This document shows positions 47,364 to 57,378 of a DNA stretch of 64,000 nt, in pieces (the first letter of the stretch is position 1; each line of letters opens with the position of its first letter). The notes under the pieces are model-generated. The model was not told where the DNA came from, ran no database searches, and was given only the letters and a program-made list of their open reading frames with translations. Source of the stretch: a virus; the UHGV virus genome UHGV-1455077; one strand, given 5' to 3'. A program made the translations under genes and the position numbers.

Positions 47364-48230
47364 ATGAATTGTAAGCCTGTATACGAATTTTTATTATGGG
47401 ATAATTGTAATAATAATTGTAAATTCTGTTGGCAACGAGAAAATCCAAGAATTTTTAATAAACAACAACGAGAAAAAATATTAAATAATGTAATTAAATT
47501 TATTGAAAGTAGTAAATTTAAAAAAGGCAGTCATATTCTTATCGTTGGTGGAGAAATATTTGATAAACCTTCTGATTTTGAAATGCTCGATGCTTTCTTT
47601 TGTAAAATTCTTGAATTTATGATTGCTGGAGTAATTGATTTATTATATATTAATACAAATCTTATCTATAAAGATTTAACTGGTATTGTCCGCTTATTAC
47701 AAAGAATAAAAATATTAAATTTATTTGATAAATTAAGATTTACAACTTCTTATGATACAGAAGGAAGATTCAAATCATTAGAAGATAAAGATTTAATGTT
47801 ATCTAATTTAAAACTTCTTACAGGTATATATGATAAACTACAAACAGTTACAAATGTAATTTTAACTAAACCAACTTGCCAAGCAATTATTAATAAAGAA
47901 TTTAGTATTAAAGACTTTATGAATAATTTTAATTGCTGGGTTAATCTTATTCCGTATATTGTATTAAATAATGATTTGACGGCTAACAGAGAAGAAATAT
48001 TTAATGCTTTGCAATTTGTTGATGAAGAAAATAATGGATATTTACAAAAATACATTACTAATTTGGATTTAGCTCAAGATAAATTATTATATATGTTTAA
48101 AGATGGTAGATTTCAATTTTGTAGTTGTGAAAATGCAGATTGTGGACATTCAATCAATTTTAAAAAATATTCTAATACTAATGAATGTTTTATATGTGAT
48201 TTAAAGGAATTATTTAATGGAAAACTTTAA
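47364..48230 (+). CDS. radical SAM enzyme, paralogue 1
   Basis: N-terminal CNNNCKFC (CxxxCxxC); GGE motif ILIVGGEIF; C-terminal CGHS...CFICD cysteine motif. Confidence 0.8.
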   Translation: MNCKPVYEFLLWDNCNNNCKFCWQRENPRIFNKQQREKILNNVIKFIESSKFKKGSHILIVGGEIFDKPSDFEMLDAFFCKILEFMIAGVIDLLYINTNLIYKDLTGIVRLLQRIKILNLFDKLRFTTSYDTEGRFKSLEDKDLMLSNLKLLTGIYDKLQTVTNVILTKPTCQAIINKEFSIKDFMNNFNCWVNLIPYIVLNNDLTANREEIFNALQFVDEENNGYLQKYITNLDLAQDKLLYMFKDGRFQFCSCENADCGHSINFKKYSNTNECFICDLKELFNGKL

Positions 48231-49137
48231 GAATAGAAATCGTTTTATTCAATATGAATTATGGAAAGATTGTAGTTTAGGTTGCAAATTTTGTTTTAAT
48301 AAAAAACAAAAAGATGCCGATAAAATAGAATCATTGTTATTTGTTATTGATAAATTAGATAATCCAGAAGTTTTAGATTATAATGAAGTTGGTTTTATTG
48401 GCGGAGAATTTTTTAATGGTGAAATAGCTAAACCAAAAGTAAAACAATTATTTTATAATTTGTTTAAAAAACTTTCAACAATGCATTTTGAAAAAATATA
48501 TATAACAGGTGCATTAATGTATGATATGAATACTTATTTAATTCCTTTTTTAGATTATTTAAAAGAAATTAAATTATTAGATAAAACTTTATTCTGTACA
48601 TCCTATGATTTAAAATATCGTTTTTATACAAAAGAAAGAGAAGATTTATGGAAAAATAATATGTTATTACTTCATAAATTATATCCTGAATTAAAATTAC
48701 ATACAGAAACTGTTATTACACAATATTTTATAGATGCTGTATTAAATGATGAATTTAGTATAACTGATTTTTGTAACACTTATCATACAAGATTAGATTA
48801 TATTGAACCTACATCAGGATTATATTATAAAGATAAGCAAGAATGTATAAAAGATATTCCAGATTTTTTTCCTACAAAAGATAGTTTTATTGATTTTATG
48901 ATGAAAACAGGTGTAGAATCAAATGAAATTGATTTAAAAACATTTTTATCTATGGAAATACGTTCTAATAAATTATATTATTTAGATGAAGGCATTAGAT
49001 GTGTATCAGCCGATAGACGAGAAAATGACGGAATGATAGTTCCAAAAAATAATTCAGTTAAGTATGAAATAGGTTTTTCAGATTCAGATGATAATATGCC
49101 AGAATTAGTTAGAGATTTTTGTTTAACAGTAGGATAA
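48217..49137 (+). CDS. radical SAM enzyme, paralogue 2
   Basis: CSLGCKFC; VGFIGGEFF; lacks the C-terminal CGH motif. Confidence 0.75.
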   Translation: MENFKNRNRFIQYELWKDCSLGCKFCFNKKQKDADKIESLLFVIDKLDNPEVLDYNEVGFIGGEFFNGEIAKPKVKQLFYNLFKKLSTMHFEKIYITGALMYDMNTYLIPFLDYLKEIKLLDKTLFCTSYDLKYRFYTKEREDLWKNNMLLLHKLYPELKLHTETVITQYFIDAVLNDEFSITDFCNTYHTRLDYIEPTSGLYYKDKQECIKDIPDFFPTKDSFIDFMMKTGVESNEIDLKTFLSMEIRSNKLYYLDEGIRCVSADRRENDGMIVPKNNSVKYEIGFSDSDDNMPELVRDFCLTVG

Positions 49138-49141
49138 CATT

Positions 49142-50131
49142 ATGGATTTAATAGATTGGTGGATAAACTTAGAACCTTTGTCAGTAGAAGAAAAAAAATT
49201 ATTAACTTCTTCAAGAAATGATGAATTTATAGATAAAATTTTTACAGTATCATTGACATCAGAATTTATTAAAAGATTACCAAATTGTAATTTATCTAAT
49301 GAATATCAAGTACGTGTAGATAATTGTGCAACGAATTTAATTCAAAGTTTATTTAATACATATATTGATGATGATACTCTTGTTATATATACCGAAAATG
49401 AGCATTATAAAATTAAAGGAATTCTTGATGCATTTAAAAATAAATTGGTATTAAGTTATAATGATATACTTAAATTAAATATGTCTAAAATAGCTTCTCA
49501 ATTATCTAAATTCAAAAAAGTTTTTGTTTATATTATTGGAACTCAATTATCAAGTGGAGAAATAACTTCTCAATATTTTTTCATAAAATTAAAAGAATTA
49601 TTAAATACTTATAAATGTCAATATAAATTAGTTTTAGATGATGTTCACGGAATGTTTTTTGTCCCTCGTGATTATAGCATATTTGATTATATTATTGGAA
49701 CAACACACGCCCTCATTCCATCATATCATATGGGGATTTTAATTGGTAAAGAAAATATGGATAAATTTGGAAGAATACAATATCAATGGGAAGATGAATA
49801 TCTTAGAGCATTAGATGTATTATTAAAAAGAAAAGAAAAAATTTATCAATTTAAATATATAATGGAACAAAGTTTAGCTAAAATTATTTCTGAAGGTAAA
49901 TGTCATTTATTAACTCAAACTGCCCCACATTTGTTTACTTTAAAAACCGACCAATTACAATATAATCAAGAATTTAAAGATGAATTGGATAAGTATGGAA
50001 TAAGGTTAGAAGGGGTTAATGAAGAATTAAAATATATTTTATGTAGAGTATCACAATTTATTATTAATCCTAATATATTAAAAGAAGGTATTGAAACATT
50101 AAATATTGTATTAAACTATATGTATGAATAA
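49142..50131 (+). CDS. hypothetical protein embedded in the radical SAM cassette
   Basis: 329-aa ORF with no recognisable motif. Confidence 0.45.
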   Translation: MDLIDWWINLEPLSVEEKKLLTSSRNDEFIDKIFTVSLTSEFIKRLPNCNLSNEYQVRVDNCATNLIQSLFNTYIDDDTLVIYTENEHYKIKGILDAFKNKLVLSYNDILKLNMSKIASQLSKFKKVFVYIIGTQLSSGEITSQYFFIKLKELLNTYKCQYKLVLDDVHGMFFVPRDYSIFDYIIGTTHALIPSYHMGILIGKENMDKFGRIQYQWEDEYLRALDVLLKRKEKIYQFKYIMEQSLAKIISEGKCHLLTQTAPHLFTLKTDQLQYNQEFKDELDKYGIRLEGVNEELKYILCRVSQFIINPNILKEGIETLNIVLNYMYE

Positions 50132-50142
50132 GGAAAAAAATT

Positions 50143-51069
50143 ATGGGTAATATGGTTCAATTTGGAGTTTGGTCTAATTGTTGTAATGCGTGTGATTTTT
50201 GTTTACGTGAAGAAAGAATTCCATATAGCAAAGAAAAACAATTATATTATTTAGATATGATTAAAAAGAATATTGAATATATTGATTGGAAAGATAAATT
50301 TTCATATGGAATTTCATTACTTGGCGGAGAATTATATTACATTACTGATAAAGATTTACAAAAATCATTTCTTGAATTAATTGATGTTATTATTGAAAAA
50401 GTATTAAAAGTTTCTACTAATCCAGAATGTAAGTATTCAACTGTTACAAATGGATTATACGACCCTGCATTTTTATATCAAGTTATTGATAAAATTGTTA
50501 ATGAAGTAGGATTAAAAGCAATTGATGTTAATTTTTCATATGATTTAAAATACAGATTTAAATCAGAAGAAGACCGTTTAAAATGTTTAAAAAATATTAA
50601 TGATTTTCATTCAAGATATGATTATAATGTTGGTGTGCAAATGATTATGACACAATATGTTATTAATGAATGGAAAGCTGGACGATTTGATGTCAATAAA
50701 TTTATGGAAGAAGAAATTCCAGGAAATTATTTAACGTTTTTATATCCACATCCTGTAAGAACAGGTAAAAAATTAGATGATTTTAATTTTAACAGAAATG
50801 ATTTTTTAGATTTTATTCAATATTTAAAAGATGAATGTTATAATGTTTATTTGTCATTTTTACATTCAACAAAAAATTCAGGAACTTTTAAATATACAGG
50901 CTTACAAAATCGTATTCATCCATCAGTTAATGCCCAGCCTGTATTATCAGATGGTAAAGAAATTATAAATCAAGAATGTGGTCATTCTATCATATATAAA
51001 TGTTATAGCGATTGTGATGATTGTGTCTTATGCGATTTAAAAAATTTTGATGAGGAAGTATATCTATGA
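50143..51069 (+). CDS. radical SAM enzyme, paralogue 3
   Basis: CCNACDFC; SLLGGELYY; C-terminal ECGHSIIYKCYSDCDDCVLCD. Confidence 0.8.
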   Translation: MGNMVQFGVWSNCCNACDFCLREERIPYSKEKQLYYLDMIKKNIEYIDWKDKFSYGISLLGGELYYITDKDLQKSFLELIDVIIEKVLKVSTNPECKYSTVTNGLYDPAFLYQVIDKIVNEVGLKAIDVNFSYDLKYRFKSEEDRLKCLKNINDFHSRYDYNVGVQMIMTQYVINEWKAGRFDVNKFMEEEIPGNYLTFLYPHPVRTGKKLDDFNFNRNDFLDFIQYLKDECYNVYLSFLHSTKNSGTFKYTGLQNRIHPSVNAQPVLSDGKEIINQECGHSIIYKCYSDCDDCVLCDLKNFDEEVYL

Positions 51070-52052
51070 AAAAACAAATGCAATTTGAATTATGGGACGA
51101 ATGTAATTCTAAATGTACTTTTTGTCATTTATGTAATAAAAATGGAAATACTCCAAATAATATAAAATTAGAAATGCTTCAAGATACATTAGATAAAATT
51201 TCTGATTTATCAATTTATTCTGAATATAATACAATTGGTTTTATTGGTGGGGAATTTTTTCAAGGACAACTTAATACGCCTGAAATTAAATCTAAATTTA
51301 TGGAATTGATGGATAAGGCTTGTTGGTTATTAAATAATGATTATATAGATAATGTTTGGATTAATGCTACATTAACAATTGGAAATCAAGATGATTTATA
51401 TGCCGTTTTAAAGCGTTTTGAGGGGCATAAAGGAAATTTATGGATACTTACCTCATTTGATACATTAGGACGCTTCCACACCCAAAAAATGAAAGATAAT
51501 TGGGATTATCATATGAAGAATATTCATAATTTATATCCAGAAATTAAATTTAATATTACTACTATTTTATCAGGTGATTTTATTGAACGCTATTTAAATG
51601 ATGAAATAAATTTTGAGCAATTTATGCAAGAATATAATGCTTCATTATTTTTTAAAGTTCCTGCATTACAAAAAGAATATTATCATACTAATAAAGAAAT
51701 GAATGATAAAATTGGTTATTTTTTTCCTACACGGGATTTATTTTTAGAATTTTTATCAAAATTTAGACAAACAGAACATCCTGATTTATGGAATAAATTA
51801 TTTAATATTGAATATCGTGCCGATACATTATATTGTAAAGAAAATGGCGATGATATAGAAATAACTCGTTCTAAAGATAATAATTATATGGAAACAATTA
51901 TAGATACAACCATTAATGAACAAATGGAAAGAGTAAAAGAAAAGCAAATGGATTATATTATGGATTGCGGGCATTTAAGTACATATAATTCTTATATAGA
52001 TGAAGATGGTTGTGCATTATGTGATAAGTTAATGTTTGAAGAACTAATATAA
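51066..52052 (+). CDS. radical SAM enzyme, paralogue 4
   Basis: CNSKCTFC; IGFIGGEFF; FFQGQLNTPEIKSKFMEL; C-terminal DCGHLSTYNSYIDEDGCALCD. Confidence 0.8.
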   Translation: MKKQMQFELWDECNSKCTFCHLCNKNGNTPNNIKLEMLQDTLDKISDLSIYSEYNTIGFIGGEFFQGQLNTPEIKSKFMELMDKACWLLNNDYIDNVWINATLTIGNQDDLYAVLKRFEGHKGNLWILTSFDTLGRFHTQKMKDNWDYHMKNIHNLYPEIKFNITTILSGDFIERYLNDEINFEQFMQEYNASLFFKVPALQKEYYHTNKEMNDKIGYFFPTRDLFLEFLSKFRQTEHPDLWNKLFNIEYRADTLYCKENGDDIEITRSKDNNYMETIIDTTINEQMERVKEKQMDYIMDCGHLSTYNSYIDEDGCALCDKLMFEELI

Positions 52053-52072
52053 ATATTTCAAAAGGTAAAATA

Positions 52073-53023
52073 ATGAGTAAACAGATGCAATTTGAGTTAT
52101 GGCAAGAATGCAATTCTAAATGTAAATTTTGTTATTTAGGAAAAGAAAATTGTCATACACCAGATGAATTAAAATTACAATCTTTACAAAATGCAATTGA
52201 TAAAATTTCTGATTTATCAATTTATTCTGAATATGATACTTTATCATATCTGGGTGGAGAATTTTTTCAAGGACAACTTAATACGCCCGAAATTAAATCT
52301 AAATTTATGGAATTGATGGAAAAAACCGCTTGGTTATATGATAATGATTATATTAAACACGTATGGATTTATGCTACATTAACTATCGGCGACCAACAAG
52401 ATTTATATGATACTTTGAAATTATTTAATAAAAAAGATGAATTATGGATTTTAACATCATATGATACAATTGGTAGATTTCATACTAAAAAGATGTTTGA
52501 TAATTGGGATTATCATATGAAGAATATTCATAATTTATATCCAGAAATTAAATTTAACATTACTACTATTTTATCAGAAGACTGTATAGACAAGTATTTA
52601 AATGATGAATTGTCATTTAAAGATATGATGGAAGAATATCATTGTTCATTCTTTTTTAAGCAATGCGGCAATGGTTCTTATACAAAAGAAGAAATGAATA
52701 CAATTATTCCTCACTTCTTTCCACCTAGAGATAAATTTATTGACTTCTTACAAAAATTCCGCAATGAAGAAAATGATGAAATGTGGAATAAATTATTTAA
52801 TATTCATTATAGAGCAGATAGTTTGTATAGGAATTTCAATGATAAAAATCATCAAATGGAATTAAATGTTCGTCATAAAGATTCATTAAATGAAATTGAA
52901 AATGATAATAAAGATGAAATGGAAACAAATGAATGTGGTCATTTAAAAGTTTATGCGGCATATATTGATTGTGATGAGTGTGTACTTTGTGATAAATTAA
53001 TGATAGAAGAATTTTTAAAATAA
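52073..53023 (+). CDS. radical SAM enzyme, paralogue 5 (very recent duplicate of 4)
   Basis: CNSKCKFC; LSYLGGEFF; DNA stretches >50 bp identical to paralogue 4; C-terminal ECGHLKVYAAYIDCDECVLCD. Confidence 0.8.
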   Translation: MSKQMQFELWQECNSKCKFCYLGKENCHTPDELKLQSLQNAIDKISDLSIYSEYDTLSYLGGEFFQGQLNTPEIKSKFMELMEKTAWLYDNDYIKHVWIYATLTIGDQQDLYDTLKLFNKKDELWILTSYDTIGRFHTKKMFDNWDYHMKNIHNLYPEIKFNITTILSEDCIDKYLNDELSFKDMMEEYHCSFFFKQCGNGSYTKEEMNTIIPHFFPPRDKFIDFLQKFRNEENDEMWNKLFNIHYRADSLYRNFNDKNHQMELNVRHKDSLNEIENDNKDEMETNECGHLKVYAAYIDCDECVLCDKLMIEEFLK

Positions 53024-53033
53024 GGAAATATAA

Positions 53034-53510
53034 ATGATTACAATTGAAAATAATGATAATGATATTATGATTGAAAATGATGTCAATCAACCATATGTAA
53101 AAAAAATTATATTAAATAAAAGTATTACTATTAAAGCACAAACTAATACTTCTTTTGATATTAATACTGTCTTTAAATTTACTGATAATAATGATTTTGC
53201 ATTTGTTGAAGGTGTTATTGTTGATGCAAAAGATTATTATGTAGTTGGAGAAGTATATAGTTTAGACCGCCAAAATAATAAATTATCTTTATTAATTGGT
53301 AATAATTCAAATGTATCTTATACAATTCCAGCAGGAACTCATATTGCTAATATCTATACATTAGCAAAAAATTTTAGTGGTAATGTTATATATAATAATG
53401 GAAATATTGCAGTAATAGATTATAATAACTATTATAAAGTTAGTGATACAACTTTAACTGAATTTCCAGATGGAAAAAAAGCTATAACAATTAATTTAGA
53501 TAAAGAATAA
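53034..53510 (+). CDS. hypothetical protein embedded in the radical SAM cassette
   Basis: 158-aa ORF; ATGA overlap with the next gene. Confidence 0.45.
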   Translation: MITIENNDNDIMIENDVNQPYVKKIILNKSITIKAQTNTSFDINTVFKFTDNNDFAFVEGVIVDAKDYYVVGEVYSLDRQNNKLSLLIGNNSNVSYTIPAGTHIANIYTLAKNFSGNVIYNNGNIAVIDYNNYYKVSDTTLTEFPDGKKAITINLDKE

Positions 53511-54466
53511 TGAGTTTACAAATACAATATGAATTATGGAGAGAGTGTAATTGTAAATGTACATATTGCACTCTTGGAATAGATAATTGCTTAACAAGTA
53601 ATGAATTAAAACTTCAATCAATGCAAACAGCAATTGATGAAATGAAACAATTTAAATCAAATGAACATCAAACAGTTGGTTTTATTGGTGGAGAGTTTTT
53701 TCAAGGACAACTTAATACACCTGAAATTAAATCTAAATTTATGGAATTAATTACAGAAGCAAATAATTTATTAAATAATAATATTGTAAAAGATTTATGG
53801 CTTAATGCATCATTATTAATCGGTAATCAAGATGATTTATATGAAGCAATAAATTTAATTAATGATAAAACAAAACTATGGGTTTTAACATCATATGATA
53901 CAATTGGTAGATTTCACACATCTAAAATGTTAGATACTTGGAAATATCATATGAATAAACTTCATAATGATTATCCAGAAGTTAAATTAAACACTACAAG
54001 TATTTTAACGGGTGATTTTATTGAAAAATATTTAAATGATGAATTTGATATTGAAGATTTTAAAGCTAAATATCATACCAATTTATTTTTAAAAACAACT
54101 GTTAAACCTGGTCATTTAAGCCATTTAACAAAACAAGAAATTAATGATAAGATAGGTAATTTTTTTCCTACACAAGAAAAATTTCAAGAATTTTTATTTA
54201 CATATTATTCACGTGAAGGAGAAGATGAATATCATAAATTGTTTAGTAATGATTTAAGAGCCGATGAGGTTCGTAAAAATTTCAATGATGAAAATAAAAG
54301 AAATATTAAATTTATAAGAGATAAAAACACTCTTGAAGAAACAATTGATTGTATTGATGAACATATTGATAATTTATCTTGTGGTCATTCATCTATCTAT
54401 CAATCTTATGTTGATTCAGATGATTGTTCAATATGTGATAAACAACAAATTTTGGATATAATTTAA
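53510..54466 (+). CDS. radical SAM enzyme, paralogue 6
   Basis: CNCKCTYC; VGFIGGEFF; C-terminal SCGHSSIYQSYVDSDDCSICD. Confidence 0.8.
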   Translation: MSLQIQYELWRECNCKCTYCTLGIDNCLTSNELKLQSMQTAIDEMKQFKSNEHQTVGFIGGEFFQGQLNTPEIKSKFMELITEANNLLNNNIVKDLWLNASLLIGNQDDLYEAINLINDKTKLWVLTSYDTIGRFHTSKMLDTWKYHMNKLHNDYPEVKLNTTSILTGDFIEKYLNDEFDIEDFKAKYHTNLFLKTTVKPGHLSHLTKQEINDKIGNFFPTQEKFQEFLFTYYSREGEDEYHKLFSNDLRADEVRKNFNDENKRNIKFIRDKNTLEETIDCIDEHIDNLSCGHSSIYQSYVDSDDCSICDKQQILDII

Positions 54467-55101
54467 TGCCTGATTTTGAAAAAAATAATTATTATAAAAT
54501 TATAGATATAAAAACAAATGCTATTATTTGTGCAGGGAAGATTGCATTTATTAAACAAACTAAAGATATGCCTATTCTAATTAGTTTTGATAATAAATTC
54601 TTCTTCAATTCCGAAGGAACTTCAAAATATAAAGTTGTTAAATCTGATACAGAGGTTGATGTTCCTTTATTAAGAAATATTATATTAGAATCTTATAAAA
54701 TATGCTTATATGAAGATTATTTTAATTATCCTGATTATGATATATTTAGAGAATATGATATTAATGAATTAGATGAGCCAGTTATTAAATTAGTTACTAT
54801 ATTAAATAAATTTGATGATATTGAAACCACAGGAAGTTGTTGCGGACACGGTGATAATTATTTATGGGTTGATATTATGTTTCATTCGTTATCATCTATT
54901 AATTTAATTATTGATTTATTAAATGATGATAAATGGAATAATAAATTTATTTTAAGTAATTATTATACTAATAAAAATAAATCTAATTATTCTGTTATGC
55001 TACATTTACGTTCATTTACTAAAGGTGAAGAAGCATATAAAGATGCTAGTTTATTAGCAGATGATTTACAAGAAATTTATGAATTACTTTATGGATTATA
55101 A
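54466..55101 (+). CDS. hypothetical protein following the radical SAM cassette (contains a TTGSCCGHGD motif)
   Basis: 211-aa ORF with ATGxxTAA coupling to radical SAM 6. Confidence 0.45.
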   Translation: MPDFEKNNYYKIIDIKTNAIICAGKIAFIKQTKDMPILISFDNKFFFNSEGTSKYKVVKSDTEVDVPLLRNIILESYKICLYEDYFNYPDYDIFREYDINELDEPVIKLVTILNKFDDIETTGSCCGHGDNYLWVDIMFHSLSSINLIIDLLNDDKWNNKFILSNYYTNKNKSNYSVMLHLRSFTKGEEAYKDASLLADDLQEIYELLYGL

Positions 55102-55144
55102 ATGATATTTAGATTTTAAATAATTTATTATAGAAATAAACTAT

Positions 55145-55176
55145 AAAAAAGAGAGCTTTTTAAAGCTCTCTTTAAC
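55145..55176. terminator. bidirectional terminator between convergent genes
   Basis: aaaaaagagagctttttaaagctctctttaac. Confidence 0.75.
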
Positions 55177-56551
55177 TATCACCTTGAGCAAAAATTATTC
55201 TAAAAGCTACTGTTGGACCATCAAATGTGTAACCTATTGTAAATTTTTGTCCTTTTCTAACAGGAAAATAAAGAACATCATTAACACCACTTGTTGACCA
55301 TTTTATTGCAATTGTATTTTCATCAACGCTAGTTGATGGTAAATCATTATCATAAGCAATCATATATTGACCACTAGCAGTTGCTTGTTTAACAAATTGA
55401 ATATATCCATTTGCTAATGCTGTATAAGTTGTTCCAGATACACCTAATTCTAAATCAACATATTTAGAAGAAGGCATTGCTTGTTCTGCAATAAAAGTCG
55501 TATCATTTTTATCTAATAATTGATTTGTATTATATGGATTAAAAGAAATTATTTTACCTAAATTATTAGATATTGCTGTTCCACAAATATATCTTTGTTG
55601 ATTATCCCAAGTAGTTCCATTATAATAAAACATTTTATTATCATTTAAAACAAAATAATTTCCATTTCCAAAAACTTCTTCTTTTGTTTTAATGGTAAAT
55701 ATTGGTCTAAATAAAAGGGAATTAGATTGTTGAATAAAAATATATCCATTTCTTTCAATAGTTTCATTATAAATTAATACATTTGTTGTAATCGTTTCAA
55801 TATTATTTAAACTACCATCTGAATTTCTATTATTTGGAATCAATCCTTTAACTCCAGGTAATGCAAATATTGTTGAACCAATAAAACCCAATCCATTAAA
55901 TATCTGGTCAATAGAAATAATTCCAGTACCATTTGTTATATTTAATAAACTAAATGGCAACGAACAACCATTTTGCCAATTTGCTCCATTATCAATAGTA
56001 TATTTAATAATATTATTTGCAGTATCATACCAAAAAGCATATGTTGCAGTAACGGTTGGTGCAGTATCTCCACTAAATTGTTGAGTTGATATTACCAATG
56101 CTTGAATTAAATTTGTTGGTAATAAACAAGCCATATGTTGGTTAGAAGCATAGGTTGATGCATTAAAACTAATATCATTCTCAATTATTTTAATATCAAA
56201 TTTTTTAGTAGTACCATCAGTTTCAAAACCATTAGGAATATATAATTTACTACCTGCTTTTAAAGTAATCGTATTATCTGAATTTAATTCTACTTTAATA
56301 TCTTGAGGTATTTCAGTAATGCAATTAGTAACTTGATTATAACCTATTTGTTCTTCACGCCATATTAAATTAGTGCCATCATTACTTAATATTTGTTGAC
56401 TTGTTTCAGTATTAAATTCTGGTATTGCTCCACCGTCAGGAGTTATATAAAATTCATTTTCAACTAATTGTCCAGCTTCTTTTAATTCTTCATATTTTGC
56501 TGAACTCATTTTATTAAATTTTAATTGTGCAATATCTGTATTTGTTGTCAT
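55172..56551 (-). CDS. tail fibre / receptor-binding protein (start probably MTTNTD with RBS aaggaaaag; the track gives 56581)
   Basis: Paralogue of 57378..58643 (ITLKAGSKLY, QVFNGLGFIG, FDKNDTTFI shared motifs). Confidence 0.6.
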   Translation of the reverse strand: MTTNTDIAQLKFNKMSSAKYEELKEAGQLVENEFYITPDGGAIPEFNTETSQQILSNDGTNLIWREEQIGYNQVTNCITEIPQDIKVELNSDNTITLKAGSKLYIPNGFETDGTTKKFDIKIIENDISFNASTYASNQHMACLLPTNLIQALVISTQQFSGDTAPTVTATYAFWYDTANNIIKYTIDNGANWQNGCSLPFSLLNITNGTGIISIDQIFNGLGFIGSTIFALPGVKGLIPNNRNSDGSLNNIETITTNVLIYNETIERNGYIFIQQSNSLLFRPIFTIKTKEEVFGNGNYFVLNDNKMFYYNGTTWDNQQRYICGTAISNNLGKIISFNPYNTNQLLDKNDTTFIAEQAMPSSKYVDLELGVSGTTYTALANGYIQFVKQATASGQYMIAYDNDLPSTSVDENTIAIKWSTSGVNDVLYFPVRKGQKFTIGYTFDGPTVAFRIIFAQGDS

Positions 56552-56612
56552 AATAAACTTTTCCTTGATAAACTTATACAAATATTTATTTTAAAATTAT
56601 TGATAATAAAGT

Positions 56613-56639
56613 TTGTGGATATTTATTAAATATCCACAA
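56613..56639. promoter_or_regulatory. 27-bp perfect palindrome in a divergent promoter region, candidate operator (copy 1)
   Basis: TTGTGGATATTTATTAAATATCCACAA; identical copy at 60458-60484. Confidence 0.6.
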
Positions 56640-56648
56640 AGGGGATAA

Positions 56649-57053
56649 TTGATGACTGATATAAGTAAAATAGATATGGAACGAATTAATGGATTACTTG
56701 ATAAACTTGAAGAAGTAACTGATAAACTTAATTCAATGAAATATGTTGTGGAAACTGGTGGAGATTCAACGCAATGGTATAGAAAATGGAATGATGGTTT
56801 TATAGAACAATGGGGGAATATAATTTTTTCACAATCTGCTGGAAGTTATACTAATCAAACAACAACATTACCAATAGCATTTTCTTCAACTGCATATTAT
56901 ATAACACTTATTGCAACAAATTCAAATAATCAACAAAGTCACACCTGTGGTATTTTAGTTAAAAATAAAAATTCATTTAATTGGTCATCATCATATTGGT
57001 GGGCAAGAGATGCATATGTTTCAAGCTTTAATTGGTATGCGTGTGGATATTAA
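56649..57053 (+). CDS. small fibre/whisker-like protein (paralogue of 4590 and 37183)
   Basis: MMTDISKIDMERINGLLDKLEE coiled coil, WYRKWNDGFIEQWG, C-terminal ACGY. Confidence 0.6.
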   Translation: MMTDISKIDMERINGLLDKLEEVTDKLNSMKYVVETGGDSTQWYRKWNDGFIEQWGNIIFSQSAGSYTNQTTTLPIAFSSTAYYITLIATNSNNQQSHTCGILVKNKNSFNWSSSYWWARDAYVSSFNWYACGY

Positions 57054-57082
57054 AAAAGAGAGGTTTTAAAACCTCTCTTTAT
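57052..57082. terminator. bidirectional terminator
   Basis: aaaaagagaggttttaaaacctctctttatt. Confidence 0.75.
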
Positions 57083-57378
57083 TCTTTTGGATATTTTTCT
57101 TTAATTGATTTAATTAATGTTTGCCAGTTATTTGTTCCATCTTCTAAATCGTGATATATCATATCTAACTGTTCAGCTAATGGTGGATATTCTTTTAATC
57201 TATTATTAATAGCAACAGCATTATGTGATTCAGATTCTTTAATATATTCTCCATTAACTAAAATATATTTTTCATTTGTTTTCACTATTTTATCAAATTC
57301 CATAAGAGGAATAGATTCAATTTCTTTCTTTGTATTTTTAACTACAATAATCTTGTTATTTTGATAACCTAACCACAT
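57079..57378 (-). CDS. hypothetical protein
   Basis: 99-aa ORF whose stop overlaps the upstream gene start. Confidence 0.45.
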   Translation of the reverse strand: MWLGYQNNKIIVVKNTKKEIESIPLMEFDKIVKTNEKYILVNGEYIKESESHNAVAINNRLKEYPPLAEQLDMIYHDLEDGTNNWQTLIKSIKEKYPKE

